From Gammaproteobacteria bacterium (lineage in GTDB: Bacteria > Pseudomonadota > Gammaproteobacteria > UBA4575): a stretch of 64,000 bases of DNA. Under the pieces are notes generated by a model. That model saw only the letters and a program-made list of their open reading frames with translations. It was not told the origin of the DNA and ran no database searches. A program made the translations under genes and the position numbers. This document shows, piece after piece, positions 56,474 to 64,000 of this stretch (its first letter is position 1; each line of letters begins with the position of its first letter). The stretch spans positions 264,215 through 328,214 of the forward strand of contig CBDBDH010000002.1 of assembly GCA_965203725.1 (NCBI GenBank), written 5' to 3'.

Positions 56474-57808
56474 CTAATTTAGCCAATCATCAATCTTGAG
56501 TAAATCATCGACGGAAAGGGTTCCCGTGGCCTGCTTGAGCTTTAGCGTATGCAACAGGTAGTCATAACGTGCGCGTGCATGATCCCGCTTGGCACGAAAA
56601 GTATCCTGCACGGCGAGCAGCACATCCACCGAAGTGCGTGTGCCTGCCTGAAAGCCAGCCTCTGCCGCCCGGGCGGCAGCCTCATTGGATTCCACGGCCG
56701 TGGTCAGGGCCTTGACACGACTGATTCCGGAAATCACGTTCAGGTAAGCATCGCGCACATCCTGAATAGTCTGGCGACGGACCTTCTCATACTCACTTTG
56801 GGCAAGTGCGGCATTGTGGCGAGCCTGCTTCGTGCCGTAATACGTCCTGCCCCCTTGGAAGATTGGCATGCTGAGTTCAAGGCCCAACTCCGTGTCTTCC
56901 ATTTCCCGAGGGCCGGAAATCCCGCCGGTGTCGGCATGGGAGTACGAGCCCACCAGATCGAGTGTCGGGTGGTGGCGTGATTGCTGTAACTTGATCTCCT
57001 GGCGGGCAATCCTGCTTGCATGTTCGCTCGACAGCAATGCCAGGTTCTGCTGCAGGCCTTTGGTGATCCAGTCCTCGGTGTTGTTCGGGACCGGTGCAAC
57101 CAGCTCCATGCGGTCAGACAAGGGGAACAGGTTGTCCAGACGTTGTGCAACGATCACCTCCAGTGCTGCTTTGGAGATTTCCAGCGCATTCAGTGCCTCG
57201 ATTTCCTTGACCGCGGCAAGATCATAGGAAGCCTGGGCCTCATGTACGTCCGTGATCGCAATGATGCCCACATGAAAATGCTGTTTGGCCTGCTTCAACT
57301 GACGGCCGATGGCCTTTTTCTCCGCTTTTTGAAAGGTGACCGCATCCTGTGCAGCGAGCACATCGAAGTAGGCGTCGGCTGTGCGCACGATCAGGTCCTG
57401 GTGCGCTGCATCCAGGTCGACCCTGGCCTTGTCGACGGAGTTTTGTGCCTGGCGGAACTGCACATAGAAGTCCCGGTGGTACAGTACCTGGCTGAGATTC
57501 AGGCTGTAGCCGTGTGAGTTGAAATCCACCGTTCTGCCGGGGAACCCAAAGGTTTGCCCCCGGGTTTCCTGGCGGACATCGGCTGTATTGGCCTTCAGGG
57601 TGGCCTGAGGCAGCAGGTTGGCACGGGCAATCGGTTTTTTCTGGGTCTCTGCGCCGTACCTGGATTCTGCGATCTGGATATCGGCATCATGCTGCTTGGC
57701 CAGGGCATACACGTCCATCAGGCCCTTTGCGGAGGCAGGCACAGGGACAGCCATCCACAGCGTGGCAAGCAGCAGCATGGAATAGTGGGGCAGGGCACTC
57801 AGGCGCAT
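56474..57808 (-). CDS. tolC: TolC-family outer-membrane channel
   Basis: Two OEP repeats. The start is taken at the ATG giving the signal peptide MRLSALPHYSMLLLATLWMAVPVPASA. Confidence 0.8.
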   Translation of the reverse strand: MRLSALPHYSMLLLATLWMAVPVPASAKGLMDVYALAKQHDADIQIAESRYGAETQKKPIARANLLPQATLKANTADVRQETRGQTFGFPGRTVDFNSHGYSLNLSQVLYHRDFYVQFRQAQNSVDKARVDLDAAHQDLIVRTADAYFDVLAAQDAVTFQKAEKKAIGRQLKQAKQHFHVGIIAITDVHEAQASYDLAAVKEIEALNALEISKAALEVIVAQRLDNLFPLSDRMELVAPVPNNTEDWITKGLQQNLALLSSEHASRIARQEIKLQQSRHHPTLDLVGSYSHADTGGISGPREMEDTELGLELSMPIFQGGRTYYGTKQARHNAALAQSEYEKVRRQTIQDVRDAYLNVISGISRVKALTTAVESNEAAARAAEAGFQAGTRTSVDVLLAVQDTFRAKRDHARARYDYLLHTLKLKQATGTLSVDDLLKIDDWLN

Positions 57809-57836
57809 AACGTATGCAAAGCTCTGTACCGCCGGA

Positions 57837-58163
57837 TCAGTACACGGGCATGGACGGGTCGACTTCCTTGGCCCATCCATCCATTCCGGTGGAAAGGTTG
57901 ATCACCTTGGTAAAATTGTGCTTGACCAGAAAACCGGCAACTGCACGGCTGCGTATGCCGTGGTGACAGATGACGACAATTTCCCGGTCAGGGTCAAGGT
58001 CGTGCAGCAGACCCGGAATCTGCCTCATGGGGACCAGTGTCGTTTTGGGAAGGTGGCAGCGTTCATATTCCCAGGGTTCCCTGACATCCAGAAGCACCGG
58101 CTCGGGGTCGGCCAGTTCCAGATGATCCTTCAGCTCACGCGGGCTGTATTCCGCAAACATCAC
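57837..58163 (-). CDS. Rhodanese-domain sulfurtransferase
   Basis: 108 aa, single rhodanese domain with active-site Cys loop ICHHGIRS. Confidence 0.75.
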   Translation of the reverse strand: MMFAEYSPRELKDHLELADPEPVLLDVREPWEYERCHLPKTTLVPMRQIPGLLHDLDPDREIVVICHHGIRSRAVAGFLVKHNFTKVINLSTGMDGWAKEVDPSMPVY

Positions 58164-58810
58164 AGCTGGAAGGCCCTGGACTCCTCAAGGCCGACCAAGG
58201 GAGGCAGGTTGGTTTCGAACAGGGTGGTGCAATGCAGCCCCTGCCGGTCCACCCGGGTCAGCAGTTGTGCCTGCATGACCGGGGCCTCTCCCGTGACCAC
58301 AAACATCCGTCCACCCGTGGCCAGCCGACTTTCAAAGCTATCCCGGTACACGGGTATGGAGGCGGTCACGGCGATCACATCGTACTGCTTGTCTGCACAT
58401 TCACTGATGGCATCGCCGTGAACAAGGCTGACATTTTCAATCTCCAGGTTTTCCAAGGTGCTTTGAGCCCTCATCAACAGGTCTTCAAACCACTCGATGG
58501 TGTCCACGTGGGCGCCCAGTTTGGCAAGACAGGCAGTCACGAACCCACTGCCTGTCCCGATTTCGAGGACCCTGTCGCCCGGCTTGACCTGCAAAGCCTG
58601 AAGCATGCGCGCCTCGACTTTCGGGGCCATCATGCATTGCCCGCACGAAAGTGGAATCTCCAGGTCGGAAAATGCCAGGTTACGATACTGGTCAGGAACG
58701 AACAGTTCACGGGGGGTCTGCCTGACCACTTCCAGCACACCCGTATCCAGAACGTCCCAGGGACGTATCTGCTGCTCGATCATGTTAAATCTGGCTTGTT
58801 CGATATCCAC
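58160..58810 (-). CDS. pcm: Protein-L-isoaspartate O-methyltransferase
   Basis: VLEIGTGSGFVTACLA SAM motif and Pcm family sequence; 216 aa. Confidence 0.9.
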   Translation of the reverse strand: MDIEQARFNMIEQQIRPWDVLDTGVLEVVRQTPRELFVPDQYRNLAFSDLEIPLSCGQCMMAPKVEARMLQALQVKPGDRVLEIGTGSGFVTACLAKLGAHVDTIEWFEDLLMRAQSTLENLEIENVSLVHGDAISECADKQYDVIAVTASIPVYRDSFESRLATGGRMFVVTGEAPVMQAQLLTRVDRQGLHCTTLFETNLPPLVGLEESRAFQL

Positions 58811-58880
58811 GGTCCTACTTATACTCTGATTCGTATATTCTTCGGCAGGCGTTTGTAAACTATATCAACATCATCCGTGC

Positions 58881-59990
58881 GTGAACTACAGGCCTGCCGA
58901 TGCACGGCAATATACTGGAAAAACAAGCAGGTTTCATGAATCCGGTGCAGTACCGCAAATACTCTTGAACGCGAGGAAAATTCTGGTCATCGGCCCAGCC
59001 TGGGTGGGCGACATGGTGATGGTGCAGAGCCTGTTCATGGCTCTAAAGCACCAAAACCCGGACAATGTCATTGATGTGGCTGCACCGCCCTGGTCCGCCC
59101 CGGTGCTCGCACGCATGTCCGAGGTCAGCGATATTATCGAGGTCGATATAGGCCACGGAGAGCTTGGCCTGCTCAAGCGCAGGCGTATCGGTCGGGCGTT
59201 GCGTGACCGATACGACCAGTCCATCGTTTTGCCGAGGTCCTTCAAGTCCGCGCTGATCCCTTACTTTGCCGGCATCCCGCAGCGAACCGCCTACCGCGGA
59301 GAGATGCGTTACGGGGTCATCAACGATATGCGGATACTCGATACGGAGGTCACGTACAAGGCCGTGGAACGGTATGTGAATCTGGGCGCTGACCCGTCAC
59401 AGTCGCACCATCCCCCCGAGATCCGTTTTCCCAGGCTGCGGGTGCATGAAGGCAAGCGCCGCAAGGCGGCCGCCCGGCTCGGGATCAGCGAAGCGGCGCC
59501 TAGCATCGCATTGATGCCCGGGGCCGAATTCGGACCCTCCAAACGCTGGCCAGCCGAATATTTTGGCAAGCTGGCCAAGCGCTTCAGGCAGGAGGGGTTT
59601 GAGGTCTACGTGTTCGGCTCTTCCAAGGATCATGATATCGGGCAGGAGGTGGTCAATGCATCGAACGGAAGCGCCAAAAACCTATGCGGACAGACCAGCC
59701 TGGAGGAGGTGGTCGACCTGCTCTCGCTGGCAAGCGTTGCCATCACCAACGATTCGGGTCTGATGCATATCGCCAGCGCGGTCGGTCGCCCGGTGGTGGC
59801 CATCTACGGCTCCATCACACCCGAGTACACGCCGCCGCTGTCCAGTATCGCACGGACCCAGTACCTGGACCTGGTGTGCAGTCCCTGCTGGGAAAAGCAG
59901 TGTCCTTACGGGCACTACAATTGCCTGCGCGATCTCAGCGTGCAGCGGGTGTACGCGAGTGCCCGGGAATTGCTGGAGGCGGCGGCCTAG
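58881..59990 (+). CDS. waaF: ADP-heptose--LPS heptosyltransferase II
   Basis: KILVIGPAWVGDMVMVQSLFMALK and FAGIPQRTAYRGEMRYGVIND closely follow the WaaF pattern. The true start may be the in-frame TTG at 58974. Confidence 0.85.
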   Translation: MNYRPADARQYTGKTSRFHESGAVPQILLNARKILVIGPAWVGDMVMVQSLFMALKHQNPDNVIDVAAPPWSAPVLARMSEVSDIIEVDIGHGELGLLKRRRIGRALRDRYDQSIVLPRSFKSALIPYFAGIPQRTAYRGEMRYGVINDMRILDTEVTYKAVERYVNLGADPSQSHHPPEIRFPRLRVHEGKRRKAAARLGISEAAPSIALMPGAEFGPSKRWPAEYFGKLAKRFRQEGFEVYVFGSSKDHDIGQEVVNASNGSAKNLCGQTSLEEVVDLLSLASVAITNDSGLMHIASAVGRPVVAIYGSITPEYTPPLSSIARTQYLDLVCSPCWEKQCPYGHYNCLRDLSVQRVYASARELLEAAA

Positions 59991-61378
59991 AGAAAGTAAT
60001 CTGCCCGGTCAAAGTTCGAGTCGAGCTGCTCCAGCTTTTCCGGGTGGTTGATCAGGTCCTCGATGAACCAGTTGGCGTGGTTGTACAGGCAGGTCACGTC
60101 CTTGCACTCCTCGGTGGCATCGAACGTCTCGATCAGCCGCAGGGTATTCCTCTGTGCATCAAGCAGGCTGTCCGGCGTGGCATAGGCATGCTTGCCCCCG
60201 ATCAACGCCTGGGGAACGTGACGGTACACCGGGCAGTTGAAGATGCCGAGCGGACTGACTACCTGCCTGAAGTACTGCATGTGGCAATTGTGGGGCTGTT
60301 GGCTGTAGTTCATGTACGTACCGTTTTCCAGCACCCTCAGGTTGGTGCTTTCCACCACGGCAAAGTTTTCATCTTCCAGTTTTTGAGCCTCGTGGATGGC
60401 ATTGCGGATCTTGGCCATCGTCGAGGCCACATGTTCTCGCCCCTTCTCGATGCCGACCACTTCGGCATTGTTCAGCTCGGAACGCGTGAGAAACGGCTTG
60501 TAGGAGATGTAGTCGAACCGGTGCTGCTTGGCCAGTTGCGCCGCAGCCACCATCTCATCGACGTTCTCGATGATCCCGGTATCGTTGGTCTCGCAGTCCT
60601 GCCACACGATGATGTAGCTGAACCCGATCATGAGGTCAGGGTTCAGTTCCTTGATGGGCGGTATGTGCTCACAGATCCACTCCAGCGTGCACTTTTTGCT
60701 GCCCGGCTTGTGCATGGCGCGGAAGGTTTCATTGGTGCCGGAGTCCAGTGAAAGCCGCACCCAGTCGCGCTTTTGCAATACGTCGGCGACTGCCTGGATT
60801 TTTTTCATCATGCTGCCGTTGGTGACCACACCGATCTGTACATCCATGGCCTTCAGGTGACGCACGACATCCTCGAATCCCTTGTAGGCCGTGGGTTCAC
60901 CGCCGCCAATGATGATCACGGAACGCAATCCATGGTTCACCAGCTGGGTCAGGGAATCCTTGAGCAGTTCATGCTCGTAGTTGATGTTCTTGTTCAGGAT
61001 GTCCATGTCCACGCAATGATCGCAGCGGTAGTTGCAGGCGGTGGTCACATCCAGGTTGATGGACACCGGTGCATGTCGGGGTGCAGTTTCCAGTGCCTGC
61101 TCGAAGGTCATGGCATCCGCCGCATAGCCCTCTCGCCACTGTACCTGCCAGCGCACGTACTCTTTCAGGTTTTCCAGTACCTCGGGCTGGCGGAGTTTGC
61201 CCATGAAGTCATGCAGGGGTGAAAGTTCTGTCTGTTTCTCAACCCGGTGTTCCGCGGTTTTTACGTGCAGGGGTTGCGCGACAGCACCCGGGTTCGACCG
61301 CTGGCCGAATTTGCTGTAGTTGATCAACGGCGAAACCTTGATCAGCACCTCGCCGCTTTCAGAATGTATTTTTTCCAT
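59987..61378 (-). CDS. Radical SAM enzyme (possibly with C-terminal SPASM/auxiliary-cluster domain)
   Basis: CNYRCDHC (CxxxCxxC) plus the GGGEP glycine motif and additional C-terminal cysteines (CHMQYF...CPVYRH...C...C). Start taken at the internal ATG (MEKIHSE...). Confidence 0.7.
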   Translation of the reverse strand: MEKIHSESGEVLIKVSPLINYSKFGQRSNPGAVAQPLHVKTAEHRVEKQTELSPLHDFMGKLRQPEVLENLKEYVRWQVQWREGYAADAMTFEQALETAPRHAPVSINLDVTTACNYRCDHCVDMDILNKNINYEHELLKDSLTQLVNHGLRSVIIIGGGEPTAYKGFEDVVRHLKAMDVQIGVVTNGSMMKKIQAVADVLQKRDWVRLSLDSGTNETFRAMHKPGSKKCTLEWICEHIPPIKELNPDLMIGFSYIIVWQDCETNDTGIIENVDEMVAAAQLAKQHRFDYISYKPFLTRSELNNAEVVGIEKGREHVASTMAKIRNAIHEAQKLEDENFAVVESTNLRVLENGTYMNYSQQPHNCHMQYFRQVVSPLGIFNCPVYRHVPQALIGGKHAYATPDSLLDAQRNTLRLIETFDATEECKDVTCLYNHANWFIEDLINHPEKLEQLDSNFDRADYFL

Positions 61379-61386
61379 GGGCTTGG

Positions 61387-62412
61387 TTATGCGTCCATCG
61401 CCAGATAAATTTGCAACAAGTGCTCCATCCCGTCGACCAGTGCAGTCTCGTCCACACCGCATCCGGAATATATGGAGCCCAGAAAGTTCTTCACCGAGCA
61501 CGTCAGCGGGTCCACGATCGGTACCTGTTTGCCGGAAGACCGCAATGATATCAGGTAATCCGGGAGTTCGACATGTCGGTCGACGCGTTGCTGGTTGAGG
61601 GCATAGGCCGCAGGCTTTGGTAGGACATCCGTCGAACTCAAGGCCAAAGAAACCGTGCAGTCCCCCGTGGCATGCAGATAGTCAAACCGGATCCGAAGGT
61701 CCTGGTCCGGATTGTCGCCTGGGGTGTCGCAGCGGAGTTCCTGGATGCGCCCGGCACCGAACACCGCATACAGCATGCTGAGGGCATGGGGCACGGCATC
61801 AATGATCATCTGCTTTCCCGTACTCTGCGGGGAGAGCCACATGGAGAAGGTTTCGATGGACTGGGGCGCCGGGTCCTGCCGGGGATGCAGCGCATAAAAG
61901 CCGGGCAGCGTGTAGACCCATTGCGTGTTCAGTTGCAGGCAGGCGTTGCGCCCGCGGGCACGCCGGACCAGGCGCAGGGTGTCGTTGACAAGGTTCTGTG
62001 CACACTCGGGCGTTCGGATTCCCTGTTCGGGCCACCACAGCGGTTTTTCGCAAAATATGTGGCAGCCGGCATCCATGGCCGCTTCCAGGTATGGATAGTG
62101 TGTAGTGGACGGAGAGCAGATCGCCACGATGTCAACCGGTGCAGCTTCCAGGAGTTCTTCGATCCCGGCAAAGGCCCTGCAGCTGATGCCGTGCTCTTTT
62201 TGCAGGTGATCTGCAGCAGCGGTGGCGGATTGGAGGGAACTGCTGACCACGGCACGGATGTTGCAACCCAGCTGGTGAAAGGCCCTTGCTATGTAGGGGC
62301 CCGTGCCCTGCAGGCTTCGGGCGGGTCCCACCACGGCGATATTGAAGGGCATTGCATCCATTACACTCAGGTTACTGGACAACAGCGTACTGACAGCAGC
62401 CTGTTGGAGCAA
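61387..62412 (-). CDS. Gfo/Idh/MocA-family NAD(P)-dependent oxidoreductase
   Basis: N-terminal Rossmann segment NIAVVGPARSLQGTGPY and the EKPLWW motif. Alternative starts at 62361 or 62352. Confidence 0.65.
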   Translation of the reverse strand: MLQQAAVSTLLSSNLSVMDAMPFNIAVVGPARSLQGTGPYIARAFHQLGCNIRAVVSSSLQSATAAADHLQKEHGISCRAFAGIEELLEAAPVDIVAICSPSTTHYPYLEAAMDAGCHIFCEKPLWWPEQGIRTPECAQNLVNDTLRLVRRARGRNACLQLNTQWVYTLPGFYALHPRQDPAPQSIETFSMWLSPQSTGKQMIIDAVPHALSMLYAVFGAGRIQELRCDTPGDNPDQDLRIRFDYLHATGDCTVSLALSSTDVLPKPAAYALNQQRVDRHVELPDYLISLRSSGKQVPIVDPLTCSVKNFLGSIYSGCGVDETALVDGMEHLLQIYLAMDA

Positions 62413-62895
62413 GTGAATGTATAGATTCAGTACCTATGGTACTGGTGGATCAGGTGGCCTCCAGTTGGGCAAGGTACTTACTCGGAGTTCGATAGTTGAG
62501 TGCAGCATGCGGGCGCTGACTAGTTGCAGAAAAACTTGATGTGGGCACTGTAGTTGGCGCGTTCTACCCGGAAGCTCTTGTATGATCGAATGCAAAGAGA
62601 TTTAACGGGCATGTTTGGGTCTCCTGTTCCAGTAGCACTGCTTGGTTCACTGGGGGATACCCGTTCCTGCACTCCTCACTCAGAACCCATTCTCATAAGT
62701 ACTGAAAAGGAGTTATCAGAACCATACCATGATACCATTTCAATCTAATTTACTCGGAGCCTTATGCGTCATGATTTGCTCCTGATTTCTGGCACCTCCA
62801 GTACATGGATGAGCTATGGCTTGGTTATCGACGAGCTATATACCCATATAGGAACATGTGAAATTTGTCGATAAACTAACCTTAATGGTTGAAAA

Positions 62896-63237
62896 TTGAG
62901 CAAAAAGACCCCAAAATATAGTCTGAATGACATAAAAGCGGCTGTGGAAACAGGTAAAATAAGCTTCAGTACGACAGGCCACGAAAACGTCCAAAGAGAT
63001 GCACTAACTCTCGGTTATGATTATGAAGAGGTCAGGAAATGCATCCTATCACTGTCAGAAGATGACTATATAAACACCCAAGAATATGAAGAGGGTAAAT
63101 TCAAGCTTTTCTGCGATGAATATCTACTCTCATATCACAACCCTTCCAGCCATACCGATGATGATCTGTATATAAAAATCAGATACACATCTACATGGTT
63201 ATTCATCATGTCATTTCATCTACAAAGAATCGGATAG
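62896..63237 (+). CDS. mqsR: Type II toxin MqsR family (mRNA interferase)
   Basis: KKTPKYSLNDIKAAVETGKISFSTT...CILSLSEDDYINTQEYE...DLYIKIRY parallels MqsR. TTG start. Confidence 0.7.
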   Translation: MSKKTPKYSLNDIKAAVETGKISFSTTGHENVQRDALTLGYDYEEVRKCILSLSEDDYINTQEYEEGKFKLFCDEYLLSYHNPSSHTDDDLYIKIRYTSTWLFIMSFHLQRIG

Positions 63238-63243
63238 CAAAAA

Positions 63244-63834
63244 ATGAACAAGAAAATTGAGAATATCTGTCCGGCGTGCGGGTCATCCAAGTTTGAAAAT
63301 TTGCATAAAAGCGAATCTTTTCATTATAAAAATAACGATTTTGTCATAGATTCATTTGAGTACAGCAAGTGCAGTGAATGTGGATTTGAGCTGATCAACC
63401 CCGCCCAGATTAAGAAAAATGAATCTAAGATCAAAGACCAATTCCGCCATATTGACGGTCTATTGACCGGAGAAGAAATAAAAGCGGTACGTGAAAAATA
63501 TAACCTTACCCAAGAAGACGCTGCCCGTATTTTTGGTGGAGGGCCAAATGCATTTTCCAAGTATGAGCGGGGAGAAGTTGTCCAAAGTCAATCAATGGAT
63601 AGGTTATTAAAATCGGCCTATGAAGACGAAGACTTTTACTCTCTTATCTTGGAGAAATGTGATGATACGCGTAAAAGAACGGTAACTAGAAAAAGAATAT
63701 CTGGATATAAAAGAATTGATATTGCGGAAGTTAATATAGGGACGCCTAGTAATATAGTATCTCTACAGTTCAAACGAGAAGGACCTGAATATGAGGTCGA
63801 AGGATTTGAAGAAACAAATATGGCCTTTGGATAA
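63244..63834 (+). CDS. mqsA: Antitoxin MqsA family (Zn-ribbon plus HTH) with approximately 60-aa C-terminal extension
   Basis: CPACGS...CSECG zinc ribbon and the GGGPNAFSKYERGE HTH hallmark; 196 aa (canonical MqsA is about 130 aa). Confidence 0.75.
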   Translation: MNKKIENICPACGSSKFENLHKSESFHYKNNDFVIDSFEYSKCSECGFELINPAQIKKNESKIKDQFRHIDGLLTGEEIKAVREKYNLTQEDAARIFGGGPNAFSKYERGEVVQSQSMDRLLKSAYEDEDFYSLILEKCDDTRKRTVTRKRISGYKRIDIAEVNIGTPSNIVSLQFKREGPEYEVEGFEETNMAFG

Positions 63835-64000
63835 TAATGGACAAGCGCGTTATATCCAGGGCAGCAAGAAAGCTAGAATTAAGAGATGTGGCTCTTCATA
63901 CATCCTCGCTCACTAGGAATAAAAAAGTTGATCCGTCTTTGTACCCGTACTCGATCGATAAAGACACAACCATTCAAGTTAAATCAGAAGAGCTTTCGTT

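Noticed and set aside
61379-61501. Longer N-terminus of the radical-SAM ORF
   Set aside because: It would overlap the upstream oxidoreductase gene by over 100 nt. The internal ATG at 61378 leaves a 9-bp gap and begins a plausible N-terminus.

Overview
High-GC gammaproteobacterial chromosome segment, about 64 kb; the one-carbon genes point to a methylotroph or methanotroph. From left to right the window holds five blocks.

(1) Cell-wall and lipoate genes: mrdA C-terminus, rodA, mltB, rlpA, dacA, a class-IV aminotransferase, lipB, lipA, then murU and amgK.

(2) An arginine block (argA, argE), followed by a serine-cycle and C1 cluster on the minus strand: mtdA, ppc, hprA, mtkB, mtkA, mcl, sga, a stand-alone ftr/fhcD-like formyltransferase and a 5-formyl-THF cyclo-ligase homologue.

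(3) ilvD, a ferric-iron ABC importer, glnE, ilvE and hldE.

(4) A roughly 6 kb integrated island inserted into the 3' end of hldE. It is bounded by an approximately 54-bp imperfect direct repeat that re-creates the hldE C-terminus, carries an integrase remnant plus a tRNA-3'-like stub, and is visibly AT-rich on its left side. Its cargo is a hypothetical gene, a ParA-like ATPase, a RelA/SpoT-domain nucleotidyltransferase and a macrodomain hydrolase, which together form a candidate undescribed defence or toxin module. It also carries a DUF1814 (AbiEii-like) nucleotidyltransferase pair. Just beyond the right-hand repeat lie an IS-fragment, XRE-HTH and DUF433/DUF5615 toxin-antitoxin debris, hairpin repeats and a large autotransporter.

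(5) An LPS inner-core locus (waaA, kdkA, waaC-like, waaF, two Kdo-kinase-family paralogues, two FkbM methyltransferases, a radical-SAM enzyme and a Gfo/Idh/MocA oxidoreductase) with tolC, a rhodanese and pcm, ending in an mqsR/mqsA toxin-antitoxin pair in an AT-rich stretch.

No rRNA genes, complete tRNA genes or CRISPR arrays were seen.
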